Of a DNA stretch of 64,000 bases, positions 1 through 9,621 are shown in pieces; within the stretch, counting starts at the first letter, position 1, and every line of letters begins with the position of its first letter. Both the position numbers and the translations under genes were made by a program. This stretch comes from a virus (Duplodnaviria; Caudoviricetes). The notes below the pieces were generated by a model. That model searched no databases. It was not told the DNA's origin and saw nothing but the letters and a program-made list of their open reading frames with translations. The DNA lies in the IMG/VR virus record IMGVR_UViG_3300014059_000005, positions 1 to 64,000 of that record. One strand, 5' to 3'.

Positions 1-222
1 TGAGAAGTGGTATCATCTTCCCTTGCAGTTGCTCCTGGAACTCTACCGGGGCACCTACAGTTGCGAGGACACCCCGCAGGGGATCCAGAGGTTACGCGAA
101 CGGCACCCCGGCACCGTACTGGTCCGGGGTGAGCATCGGATAGCCTAGGCAGATACCCACGGGATGCCCACAGCTAGCTAAAAATCCCCAGAGGGAAAAT
201 CCTGGAAAATTCCGGAGGTCGT

Positions 223-250
223 TTGACAATCGGAATTCGTGTTGCATAGT
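223..250 (+). promoter_or_regulatory. sigma70-like early promoter (first copy of a repeated TTGACW-N16/17-NATAGT motif)
   Basis: TTGACA atcggaattcgtgttg CATAGT. Related copies at 573, 1257, 1737, 2145, 2540, 2891, 3264, 4264, 5674, 10499, 11400, 13621, 20082, 20752 and (minus) 57293, each just upstream of a gene or hairpin unit. Confidence 0.8.
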
Positions 251-288
251 TGTCGTGTCGCCAGAGAACCCAAGCAAGGAAACGAACG

Positions 289-558
289 ATGCGAACGAGA
301 ACCTCTCCTATCATGGTTGGTCAGTCCGGGTATGCCGACATGCCCTACTCCGAAGTCTGCATGTGCATGCAGATTGCAGGCAAGCCCATGCACTTCAAGG
401 TTATCTCCCCCCATGCGGTGCAACTCTACCGGGATGTCGAACTGACGCTTCCCTTCTCCGGGCCAATCACGATCGGAGAAGCCGGGATCTACCATGATGG
501 AGATCACGAGATGTACTACTATCCGGCCGAAATGCCGGTAGGCGATCCAGCCAGGTAA
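289..558 (+). CDS. hypothetical early phage protein
   Basis: AGGA RBS then ATG 289, downstream of promoter 223. Confidence 0.7.
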   Translation: MRTRTSPIMVGQSGYADMPYSEVCMCMQIAGKPMHFKVISPHAVQLYRDVELTLPFSGPITIGEAGIYHDGDHEMYYYPAEMPVGDPAR

Positions 559-642
559 TCCCAGATTTTTGGTTGACTATCCGTAATCCTGTTGCATAGT
601 TTAATTGTCGCCCAATCAACCTAACACCAGAGGATACGCAAG

Positions 643-1260
643 ATGGATTACATTCTTAGCATCGAAGTGGATCAGGATCCCACTTGCCCGATGGAAGGGG
701 ACGGACAATGGACTCTGATTTCCTTCAATCGGAATTCCATCCATTATGGTAATCCGGATAACTATCTGCGGGTTACGAATGACAATAGCAAAGTCATTCC
801 GGCCGATATCGGACTTGCTAGCAAGATGCGTGCGGGGTTGGCGTTCATCTTGCAGTACTACGAACATGGTCTGGGACGGTATGACATTCAAGGACATGGT
901 CCCATTTGCAAGTGGGACACGACCAGTTTCGGCGGTATCCTCATCTGGACCCACAAGCCGGGAGACATGGGGGCAAAATCCTATGCCGATCGCCAGAAGG
1001 ATGCCGAATCCTTCCTGGAGGAATACAACGCTTGGATGAATGGGGATGCCTACGGATATAGCATCAGCGACAGGGAGGGCAATCCGGTTGATGGTTGCTG
1101 GGGCTTCCTGGGATCTGACTATATGAGTCAAGAAGTCTCCGGACACTTCAAGCCGGGGGATAGGATCAAGCTGGAAGGGGAAGCCGCCAGTATGTTCTAC
1201 GAATCCCATCTTCCGGAAGGAGTAGAACTGGTGGAAGACTTCGACGAAATTTCCGTTTGA
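643..1260 (+). CDS. hypothetical early phage protein (acidic C-terminus)
   Basis: 205-aa ORF, leader CCAGAGGATACGCAAGATG, promoter 573-600. Confidence 0.8.
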   Translation: MDYILSIEVDQDPTCPMEGDGQWTLISFNRNSIHYGNPDNYLRVTNDNSKVIPADIGLASKMRAGLAFILQYYEHGLGRYDIQGHGPICKWDTTSFGGILIWTHKPGDMGAKSYADRQKDAESFLEEYNAWMNGDAYGYSISDREGNPVDGCWGFLGSDYMSQEVSGHFKPGDRIKLEGEAASMFYESHLPEGVELVEDFDEISV

Positions 1261-1326
1261 CTTCCCGAATTCGTGTTGTATAGTTGTTCTGTTCACACAA
1301 CCCAATCCCAGAGGATACGAACGAAG

Positions 1327-1722
1327 ATGCGAGCCAGCGAATCCATCAGCAATAGCGAAAAAGTCATCGATTCCCGCGACGTGATCGCCCGGATCGAGTA
1401 CCTGGAATCGGAACGGAAGTCTCTGGAACCCCCCGAAACTGCCCAGGAATGGGACGACGAATTCGGCGATGAGTTGAAGGCGTTGCGGGATGTGGCCGAG
1501 GCAGGCAAGCGTTGTTCCTCCGACTGGACGTATGGGGCAACATTGGTCCACGAAGCGTATTGGATCGAATACGTCGAAGAAATGTTGAAGGAAATCGGGG
1601 ATCTTCCGCAAGATATCCCCCACTATATCGAGATCGACTGGGACAAGACGGCGGATAATATTCTGGTCGATTACTCGGAGATCGATTTCGACGGTAGTAC
1701 CTACTACATCCGAGCCAGTTGA
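1327..1722 (+). CDS. ArdA-like antirestriction / DNA-mimic protein
   Basis: Very acidic 131 aa. The segment YVEEMLKEIGDLPQDIPHYIEIDWDKTADNILVDY resembles the ArdA C-terminal pattern. Confidence 0.5.
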   Translation: MRASESISNSEKVIDSRDVIARIEYLESERKSLEPPETAQEWDDEFGDELKALRDVAEAGKRCSSDWTYGATLVHEAYWIEYVEEMLKEIGDLPQDIPHYIEIDWDKTADNILVDYSEIDFDGSTYYIRAS

Positions 1723-1807
1723 TCCCGGAAAGTTCCTTGACTATTCCCCACGATTGGGGAATAGTCTTTTGTCGGCTCGAAACACCACAAGGCAAGAGGA
1801 TAGAAAG

Positions 1808-2086
1808 ATGCGACCTTCACCCGATCAGCTAGCTTTGTACCGAATCGCTCGCGAACTGGTGATGATCCAGCCCGGCGAGTTGAACCCACGGGACTACAAC
1901 ATCCTTGGTATCCTGCGAACTGCGGGATACGTTGATAGCGTCGATAACTCCGATGTGCGTTCTGCCCGTCTCTGGTACATCCCAGAGGATACGGCTGAGT
2001 TTTGCTATCCCCATCTGAATCCCGATGATCTCCCTTCCACGGAAGTGGAGATCATCGAAGTGCTCGAACAGAACATCCCCTTCTAG
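1808..2086 (+). CDS. hypothetical protein
   Basis: GAGGA RBS, own promoter 1737-1765, followed by a hairpin terminator. Confidence 0.7.
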   Translation: MRPSPDQLALYRIARELVMIQPGELNPRDYNILGILRTAGYVDSVDNSDVRSARLWYIPEDTAEFCYPHLNPDDLPSTEVEIIEVLEQNIPF

Positions 2087-2110
2087 GGCATTTACGGATA
2101 ACCATTCATA

Positions 2111-2146
2111 AATAGGGGAATCCGGACAGATTCCCCTATTTCGTTT
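2111..2146 (+). terminator. intrinsic terminator-like hairpin
   Basis: AATAGGGGAATC-cggaca-GATTCCCCTATT followed by TCGTTT. Confidence 0.6.
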
Positions 2147-2208
2147 GACTTCCTGATTTCCTAGTGCATAGTTGTGTCGAGCCCAAACAACCCCAGAGGA
2201 TACGCAAG

Positions 2209-2532
2209 ATGAAAGACATTCTGGAATCGATCAAGGCCAAGCGCAAGGAAGCCGATTTGCTCTATAAGACTCTGGACATGTGGAACGACGTTTCCGGGTT
2301 GGTCGATCCCGATAGCGTGGAATGCTTCGGGTTTGATCCCAAATTGTTGACTCCCGCACAACTCCGGGAAGCTACCGGACCGGCCGGATATCACGGGAAT
2401 CATTCCCCCAGCAATCCCTACGGATGGCCGATTCGCAACGGCAGGACACGACCAACGAAGTACAACTACGTTGGTCTGAAGGATGGCAGCAAGGTACAGA
2501 TACCTCTGATTGATGCCCCAGAATGTCGATGA
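2209..2532 (+). CDS. hypothetical protein
   Basis: Same CCAGAGGATACGCAAGATG leader as the 643 gene, promoter 2145. Confidence 0.75.
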   Translation: MKDILESIKAKRKEADLLYKTLDMWNDVSGLVDPDSVECFGFDPKLLTPAQLREATGPAGYHGNHSPSNPYGWPIRNGRTRPTKYNYVGLKDGSKVQIPLIDAPECR

Positions 2533-2607
2533 ATTCCGTTTGACAATCGGAATTCCTGTTGCATAGTTCAATCGTCGCCCGACACCACAACACCAGAGGT
2601 CAGAGTC

Positions 2608-2889
2608 ATGGCAAGAAAAGGTCCCACCAGTCCGTCTATCCGTCGCATGTCCTGGACTTGGTTCCGTTGCGTCCCGATTGGTGGGCGTTTTCGGCATACC
2701 TCCGAGATTGAATGGTATGGATCCGGTATGAAATGTGGGGTATGCGAGAAGATATCCGCTCGCAAGTACCGATACGTTGATGACGGGATGGAGTGCCAGA
2801 TTGGTTCGATCGATTGCGTGGTTGTCAATGTGGATGCGGAAGGCGAGATGATTCGATGTGGGGAAACCCAGATTTCCCTACGGGATTGA
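2608..2889 (+). CDS. hypothetical protein
   Basis: GAGG RBS, promoter 2540. Confidence 0.7.
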   Translation: MARKGPTSPSIRRMSWTWFRCVPIGGRFRHTSEIEWYGSGMKCGVCEKISARKYRYVDDGMECQIGSIDCVVVNVDAEGEMIRCGETQISLRD

Positions 2890-2962
2890 TTTGACAATCG
2901 GAATTCATGGGCGATAGTTGTTCTATCGCCCTTTCTCTCAGCAAACGCCAGAGGATGCCAAG

Positions 2963-3262
2963 ATGCGGAATCTCTATTTTGAGCGGACGGAAGACTTCGA
3001 TGTTCGGTTCCATTCCTATAGTGGGATGGAATCCAACTTCGGAGAATCCCTTACGCTGGAACAGTCGCATAACATCGTTCGCCACTATCTGCGAACATCC
3101 CGGAAGATGGGATGCCAGGTTACCAAACTAGGCAAGGGATCCTGGGAGATCCAGACGCCAGAGGATGCCAGGATGGTGTCGGACAGGGAAGGATGCCTTA
3201 CGGTATCCCGTAGATACCGGAGATACCGTAGGATACTCGGAAGGAAAGTCTACCTGGATTGA
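2963..3262 (+). CDS. hypothetical protein
   Basis: CCAGAGGATGCCAAGATG leader, promoter 2891. Confidence 0.7.
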   Translation: MRNLYFERTEDFDVRFHSYSGMESNFGESLTLEQSHNIVRHYLRTSRKMGCQVTKLGKGSWEIQTPEDARMVSDREGCLTVSRRYRRYRRILGRKVYLD

Positions 3263-3328
3263 TTTGACAATCGCCCAATCATCGGCAATAGTCTCCCATC
3301 GACCCAAACACCACAGAGGATATTCGAG

Positions 3329-3700
3329 ATGCGCGAGCACATTCGCACCTGGCAAGACAGTATCTTCCGGCTGGAGTTGTTCGATACCAACCGGCGGGAT
3401 AGCTACGGCAGATGGATCCTGGGATACGAGTTCTACTGCGAGGATAACCGTATCTTCGAGGGAGAGGACTTCTACTGTTCTCCCTGTCATGCGGTTGACT
3501 CTAACCGCACCGTTGCATCCCTGCTGTCCTTCCTCTCCCTGCGCCCTGGAGATACCGACAGGGAATACTTCGACACCTACACTCCAGAGCAAATGGAATT
3601 CGCTCGGAGGCATGGTGAAGAGTTATCCATACTCGCATGGGAGTTAGAGCAAACAGATGAAGACGGCGAACCGATCAACCCTCATTCCCATATGGGATGA
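3329..3700 (+). CDS. hypothetical phage protein
   Basis: GAGGA RBS, promoter 3264. Terminator GGGAGAGGG-ataac-CCCTCTCCC-TTTTT near 3731-3758. Confidence 0.75.
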   Translation: MREHIRTWQDSIFRLELFDTNRRDSYGRWILGYEFYCEDNRIFEGEDFYCSPCHAVDSNRTVASLLSFLSLRPGDTDREYFDTYTPEQMEFARRHGEELSILAWELEQTDEDGEPINPHSHMG

Positions 3701-3951
3701 TCGGGATGCGCTGATATCGTTTCCGTGTCCGGGAGAGGGATAACCCCTCTCCCTTTTTCGTGGGGTTATCCAGGGAGATACGACAGATGATCCAGACTCG
3801 GGACTACAAACGAATTCACGAGATGCGCAAGGTTAACTGGGAAGATACGCGCGAGATGCGCATGGTGAGGATGCGCGAGATAGATAGGTGAGATGCGCGG
3901 GATAGGGGTTGCAACCCCTATCCCTTCCTCTGGACGGATGGAGATAGCCAA

Positions 3952-4194
3952 ATGCATATCACAATCGATCGGGACTATCCTGCTAGCAAGGCATACTGGA
4001 AATCGGCAAGGCGCAAACTGCCGATTGCATCTCTCAACTTCCCTGCCCTGAGCGCGGCCTACGATCTAGTGGACGGCAAAGCCGTCTGGGTCGAGTCTCC
4101 GGAGACAAGGGAGGAGCTACTATCCTGGCTCGCATCTATCCCGGGGTGGGACAAGGGATCCCCACAATCCCCCCATCCCGTAACGGTAGGGTAG
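3952..4194 (+). CDS. hypothetical protein
   Basis: GGAG RBS, 80 aa, ends in a 19-bp perfect hairpin. Confidence 0.6.
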   Translation: MHITIDRDYPASKAYWKSARRKLPIASLNFPALSAAYDLVDGKAVWVESPETREELLSWLASIPGWDKGSPQSPHPVTVG

Positions 4195-4335
4195 TCGCCC
4201 TACCGTTACGGGATGGATTCCCTGTCCTCACCCCAGAAAGCTAGAAACTTTCTGGGGAATTCTTTGACAACCTGGCAATCGTGAGCAAGAGTCTCCTATC
4301 GCCAAACACCACACAACAAACGCGGAGAACAAACC

Positions 4336-5490
4336 ATGACGACTACCAGCAAATTCGCAACGGTTACGGTTTCGCACGGCAACGATAAGATCGCGATCCA
4401 GTCGCGTACGCGGTTGGAGATCGACTTTACCGTCATGGGAGTCAGCTACTCTCCTCTCGAAAACAATCTGTTCTCTCGGATCGAGCGCGGCCCCTCTCCG
4501 CGCCCTATGGAACTCTCCTATGCGGAACTCGGCATCTTCAAGGGAGCGCACGAGCGATACCTTGAAGCAACCCGGACCGACAAACCTACCGTTCTGGTCG
4601 ATCGAGCCGACGTCTGCAAACCCAGCAACGTCGAAACGGTAACTCCGAATCTTCCCCCCATCGTCCGGCCGGAGACAACGGTAAACGTCGCACCGATCGC
4701 AGGGGCCGCACCGATCCATCATAGCGCCCCTGTCCCAGCGCCTGAGGTCAAGGCCAGTGTCGATACGCTGGCAAGCCGGTTTGTCCACCAGATCGGCAGC
4801 AATGCCGTTCCGGAAGTGTACCAATCCGGAACGGAAGTCCAGCATGCGGAACGCTCTATCCGCATGCTGGAAGAAGCAGTGCGCATCCTGTCCGAAAACG
4901 GTATCGTCTCGATCTCTTACGATGTGCCGGATCGGGTCAAGCAAAAGGTCGGCAATCTCCGGCGCAAGTTTATGAAACTGGGCTTTCTCCCGAAGCAAAA
5001 GAGCGTTTTGATCGGCATCGACAAGGTAACTAAAACCCCGGAATTCCGGGCAATCGTCGAAATGCTGGCAAGGAACCATGTCCGATTCGACAGTTACCCT
5101 CTCCACGATACCATCGCAGCTATGGTGAGGGAGGAAGCAAAGGAAATGCTGCGATCGCAGATTGTCCAATGGCATCGCTCTCTCATCCTGAACATTGCCA
5201 GCGCTGCCGATCGAATCAGTGAGGCGAAAGCAGCTGTCCTGGCCGACGAATCGAAGGGAACGGCGGATCTCGAAACGGCGGAGAACAAGGAACATAACAG
5301 CATGCGAGCAACCATCCGGGAAGCTTGCGAATCGCTCGAAATCGCGATCCAGCTTGCGGAACTATACGACGATTCGCAGGACACGAAAGCCCTTATCGAG
5401 GGGCTCCGCGCTGCGATCCAGTCGCAAGCGCAGACGTTCAATGCGATGGCTCGCATGAAGCGAATCAAACCCGCCCCGATGCCGAGCTAG
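4336..5490 (+). CDS. hypothetical protein, helical/coiled-coil C-half
   Basis: 384-aa ORF with GGAG RBS and promoter 4264. Confidence 0.8.
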   Translation: MTTTSKFATVTVSHGNDKIAIQSRTRLEIDFTVMGVSYSPLENNLFSRIERGPSPRPMELSYAELGIFKGAHERYLEATRTDKPTVLVDRADVCKPSNVETVTPNLPPIVRPETTVNVAPIAGAAPIHHSAPVPAPEVKASVDTLASRFVHQIGSNAVPEVYQSGTEVQHAERSIRMLEEAVRILSENGIVSISYDVPDRVKQKVGNLRRKFMKLGFLPKQKSVLIGIDKVTKTPEFRAIVEMLARNHVRFDSYPLHDTIAAMVREEAKEMLRSQIVQWHRSLILNIASAADRISEAKAAVLADESKGTADLETAENKEHNSMRATIREACESLEIAIQLAELYDDSQDTKALIEGLRAAIQSQAQTFNAMARMKRIKPAPMPS

Positions 5491-5752
5491 TCCCCCCTAC
5501 GGGACAGGGGGAGGCCAGAGAGGGAGGACCGAGACTATCCCTCCCTATGGGATTGCGTGATCGAGGCCGTTGAGTGCGGCCTCGATCACGCAAGGGAGGA
5601 ACGGGATCCCGCGCAGGTGTTCATTCCGGAACATTGGTAAGTTGCCGGTTCTGGAAATCGCCCTGGCCGTTTCTTGACTCTTGCACCGATCGGTGCAAGA
5701 GTCTCTCATCAGCCCAAACTCAAACGCCCCAATGGGGGGCAAGGAAAGAACA

Positions 5753-6097
5753 ATGGCCAGTTTCGTTAATCTCACCCCCCACGATATCACGGTCCGGTCC
5801 GCCGACGGACCGGACCGGACCTTCCCCCCATCGGGGAAGGTCGCTCGCGTCGAAACGTCGGAGGCTCCCGTCGATCCGATCGACGGAATCCCGGTCATCT
5901 TCCGGGAAACTGGGAGGCTTGTCCTCCCAGAAGGGATTCCCCAGAATGGGGAAAGCTACCTGATTGTGTCCTCCATGTGCTTGGACGCGGCCAGCATCCG
6001 GCAACGAGCTTTCTGTGTTGCTCCCGACACGGGAGCAACCGCCATCCGCAACGACAAAGGGCAAGTCGTGGCCGTGACGCGATTCGTCACGGCCTGA
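5753..6097 (+). CDS. conserved viral protein, NLTPH family (function unknown)
   Basis: MASFVNLTPHDITV...PSGKVARV...LIVSS...APDTG...RNDKGQVVAV, a pattern common in phage early regions. Confidence 0.65.
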   Translation: MASFVNLTPHDITVRSADGPDRTFPPSGKVARVETSEAPVDPIDGIPVIFRETGRLVLPEGIPQNGESYLIVSSMCLDAASIRQRAFCVAPDTGATAIRNDKGQVVAVTRFVTA

Positions 6098-6255
6098 TAA
6101 TCCCCCCAATGACCCCAGACCATACGCTGGTCTGGGGTCATTTCGTCCGTTCTTTGAAAATTCGGTATCGGAAATTTGCTTCCTCTGGGGAGCATGCTAG
6201 GCTTGTTGTGTTCAGAACGACACAACAAGCCGCCCGACAGGGCAAGGAAACGAAC

Positions 6256-6450
6256 ATGGCAATCTATACTTCCCCCAACTTTGGACAGGTCGAGCGAGTC
6301 AACCGGGCCATCGTGGCTCGGTTTGGCAGGGGGCATGTCTTCTCCCTCGAACGCGGGGGGAAGGGATGGGTTCTGGTCATGCGAGGACACTGTTCCTCGC
6401 AGACTCTGGCCGACCTTCAAGCGCTGGCAACGGCCAGCGCATCCAGGTAA
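6256..6450 (+). CDS. small hypothetical protein
   Basis: AAGGAAACGAACATG leader. Confidence 0.55.
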   Translation: MAIYTSPNFGQVERVNRAIVARFGRGHVFSLERGGKGWVLVMRGHCSSQTLADLQALATASASR

Positions 6451-6508
6451 TCAACCACAATCGGGAGAGGGGATCGATCCCCTCTCCCCAGCACAGGAGA
6501 ACGAGCCA

Positions 6509-6919
6509 ATGCAGACGACGACAGAGACAACCTTGAGGTCTTTTTGGGGGGATCTTCCCCCCCACGTCCGGGAAGGCATCATGTTCTTCCTGGACGGGGG
6601 GATTGTTCCCCCTACCGTCATAGGGGACATGATCGAGGAACAGGGAGGGGACAGGGAGTGGACGGGCTCCCTCCTGTCCTGGCATCGTGCTAAACTCGTG
6701 TTCGAGTGGGCTCGATCGAGCCGATGGTACTCCTGTCAGGACAAGTCGGTTCACATCGACGTGTCCTATGCGGGATCGAACCATGTTCAGACGGTGCGGT
6801 TTGGATTCCGCACCGTCGGCGAGCGAATGGATTTTGGGCATTGGTTCGGCATGGGACGCAACCCCGGAGAGTTCCGGGAATGGATCGAGGAACATATGGG
6901 GGAGTTCACGTTTTCGTGA
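6509..6919 (+). CDS. hypothetical protein, paralog of 7711-8130
   Basis: Shared motifs VREGI..FL.DG.VPP.VIGDM.EE.GGDR.WTG.LLSW and E.MGEFTF. Confidence 0.75.
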   Translation: MQTTTETTLRSFWGDLPPHVREGIMFFLDGGIVPPTVIGDMIEEQGGDREWTGSLLSWHRAKLVFEWARSSRWYSCQDKSVHIDVSYAGSNHVQTVRFGFRTVGERMDFGHWFGMGRNPGEFREWIEEHMGEFTFS

Positions 6920-7019
6920 TCCCCTCCCCTCACCGATTTGACCTAGTCTAGAATCGAGGCTGGGTTTCCCCTGTCCGAAACGAATCCTCTCAAACGCCCT
7001 TCGGGGCAAGGAACGACCG

Positions 7020-7610
7020 ATGAACGATCTTCACAACTCCACCAGCGCCAACGGCACGAATCGGATCGAGAACCTGATGGGCTCCAATGAGCCCACGACG
7101 AAGAAGACACGCAAGAGCCCTAGGAAGGCCCCTACCGTGCCCCAGGAGGGCACGGAACAGGCCAAGGTGGTCAGTCCCCCCACTAAGGCCCCCCGCAAGG
7201 CGGGCAAGCCCAAACAGGGGGGATTCTCCCCCAACCAGAAGCTTGCCCTCTGTGTGGGGGGCATCGCGGGATTCGTGCTGCTCCTCTCCGTGTGGGAGTG
7301 CACCACAGCGCTGGCATGCCTGACCGGCATGCCATTGGTCCTCGCCGGACTCCTCGCAATCGGCATTGATTGCGGAATGGTCGCCTCCGAAATTGTGGCA
7401 TCGGCCACGATCGCAGGGGAGGAATCCCGCAAGTGGGCTGAGCGATACGTTTCTCTGGCCGTTGCCCTGTCCGTTGTGCTCAACGCGGTAAGCGCTGCCA
7501 GTCATGGAGAGGGAGCATGGAAGCTTGCAGGGGCGCTCTGTGGGGCATGCGTCCCGGTACTGGTGTACGTCGCCGGTAGGGTAGCTGGTGCATGTTGGCA
7601 AGGGAAGTGA
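7020..7610 (+). CDS. membrane protein (basic N-tail, about 4 TM helices)
   Basis: Four hydrophobic stretches, AAGGA RBS. Confidence 0.7.
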   Translation: MNDLHNSTSANGTNRIENLMGSNEPTTKKTRKSPRKAPTVPQEGTEQAKVVSPPTKAPRKAGKPKQGGFSPNQKLALCVGGIAGFVLLLSVWECTTALACLTGMPLVLAGLLAIGIDCGMVASEIVASATIAGEESRKWAERYVSLAVALSVVLNAVSAASHGEGAWKLAGALCGACVPVLVYVAGRVAGACWQGK

Positions 7611-7710
7611 CCCCCCTAGTAGGAATCCAGGGGAGAGATTTTGACTCTCCCCCTGTCTGGGGTATGTTTCCAGTGTCGGAAGAACACCACAGCAAACCGG
7701 AGACTGACCA

Positions 7711-8130
7711 ATGACGAGTACCTATGCGACCCAGACCTCTACCCTTTCCATCTGGTGGAACGAATCCCCTTCCTACGTCCGGGAAGGCATCCTGTCCTTC
7801 CTGACCGATGGATCCGTCCCACCATGCGTCATTGGCGATATGGTGGAGGAGAACGGCGGCGATCGAGACTGGACGGGAGCGCTCCTGTCATGGGCTAGCG
7901 CCCTATGGTTCGCGGACTCTTGCCAGTCTCTGGCCTATCGGGCGGGCAATGACCGAATGCTCTCTCTGGATTGCACGATTCAGGGGGAGAACACCCCGTG
8001 GACAATTCGGATCGGTTTCCGATACGTGGGTCAGCGAATGCGGTTTGAGGATCAGCTGCGCAAGGGTATGAAGCCCTCTTGGCTGAAGAACTGGGCTAAC
8101 GAGAACATGGGCGAATTCACCTTTGCCTAG
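7711..8130 (+). CDS. hypothetical protein, paralog of 6509-6919
   Basis: Shared motifs with 6509-6919, GGAG RBS, TTGACT at 7641. Confidence 0.75.
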   Translation: MTSTYATQTSTLSIWWNESPSYVREGILSFLTDGSVPPCVIGDMVEENGGDRDWTGALLSWASALWFADSCQSLAYRAGNDRMLSLDCTIQGENTPWTIRIGFRYVGQRMRFEDQLRKGMKPSWLKNWANENMGEFTFA

Positions 8131-9027
8131 GCCACTAACGGCCAGAGGGCAGGGGGGACCATAACCCCTGCCCTCTCCCCGTTCAGTCCAATCAATTTGT
8201 GAGACTAGGTGAGGAGGAGGAGGAATAACTATGTTGGTATGGCGCAGGGAATTCGTGGGGCAAGGGAGTGCATCCTATGCTTGGTGGAAAGGATTCATTG
8301 CCTTTTCCGAGAAAGAGGGGCTGAAGGACATGGAATCGTGTTTGGCGCCCGGCGCAATGGACGTTCCCTATTCCTGTACCGTATGTCAGGACTCCTGGGG
8401 CAGATTGCACGGGATTGTTACGGTAGGGTAGTCTACTAGCCTAGGGGGACAATCCGGCGCGCCCATATCCCCCTAGCTCCCTTGCCCTAGGGCGGCGCCC
8501 CTAACCCCACTACCCTACCATCCGCCCCTAACCCGTACGGGCGCCCGTGTAGGGCACTCTCCCTGTCCAGACCAGCGTAGGCCATGACCCTAGTCCCAGA
8601 CCGGTCTACGCTGGTCTAGTCCATTGCCCTAGCTCCCTGGCGGCGCCGCTTAACCCCTAGCTTCTCCCATTAGCCCCTCTCTCGTACGCACGGGCGCCGC
8701 CCTAGGCCATGCCCACTAACCCTAGCTCCATCCCCCTAAACCTCACCATGCCTACTAACCCCCCAATTCGGCCCCTTCCTGGCATTCTGGGGCTTTCAGG
8801 CTACGTCGGGCTTCCTTAGCCCATCTGAATCGATTCTAGGGCCATCCAGAGCGATTTGAACCCTATGCCAGTGAATCCCCCTAGGCCGGAATCGCAGAAT
8901 CGGCCAGGAATGGGGGAGAGAGGAGCGGAATTCGCTGAAATGACGTATCTGGGAATTTGACTCTGGTCTGGGGTATGGCATATTTGAGTACAACCCGAGA
9001 CAACCCCCTGAAACGAAGGAAACGAAC

Positions 9028-9306
9028 ATGGCTCGCAAGACGAAGAAAACCCCGGAACAGATCGTACGGGAATGGGTCGCAGGTAGCATCCCGGACCATG
9101 TTCGCCAGTTTGGCCATGACGAAGTCTTCCAGATGGGGTGGGAAGCTGGGCAAACGGGATCGGTGGAATGGGAAGGGGCGAGGTTCGAGCGATTCGAGAT
9201 CGAGGGGGAAGGCTATGTGGTGATCCAATGGAGTCCAGAAGAGGGCCTCATTTCCGTAGGGCAACGGCATCTGGAACGCTGGGAGAGGGAGGAACTAGGG
9301 ATCTAA
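9028..9306 (+). CDS. hypothetical protein
   Basis: AAGGAAACGAACATG leader, promoter-like TTGACT at 8957. Confidence 0.7.
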   Translation: MARKTKKTPEQIVREWVAGSIPDHVRQFGHDEVFQMGWEAGQTGSVEWEGARFERFEIEGEGYVVIQWSPEEGLISVGQRHLERWEREELGI

Positions 9307-9411
9307 ACCCCTACCCTCAATTCCCCACCCCCTATAGGGGGTGGGGAATTCCGAAGCCCCAGGAATCGCCCTAGTACTCCACTAAACCCCCCTAGGGGGA
9401 AGGAAAGAGCC

Positions 9412-9621
9412 ATGCGAAACATCCTGAACAACGTGCGGGAATCCCTGATCCGTACCCTGGGGGGCTACACCCTCCAGGAGCGGAACGCCAATGCCGAGAG
9501 GCGCTTGGCGGAGAGGGATCGGGTCATTATGGCCCGGATCCATACGGAAATCGCCCTGATCCGGTCCGGCCGGACCAAAGAGCCCAATGCGGGCTACATC
9601 ATGTCTGGGGTGGATTCCTGA
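9412..9621 (+). CDS. small hypothetical protein
   Basis: AAGGA RBS, 69 aa. Confidence 0.55.
   Translation: MRNILNNVRESLIRTLGGYTLQERNANAERRLAERDRVIMARIHTEIALIRSGRTKEPNAGYIMSGVDS

Noticed and set aside
5753-6097. AcrIII-1 (DUF1874) ring nuclease
   Set aside because: Similar size, but it lacks the N.FS and GH motifs; it belongs to the separate NLTPH family.
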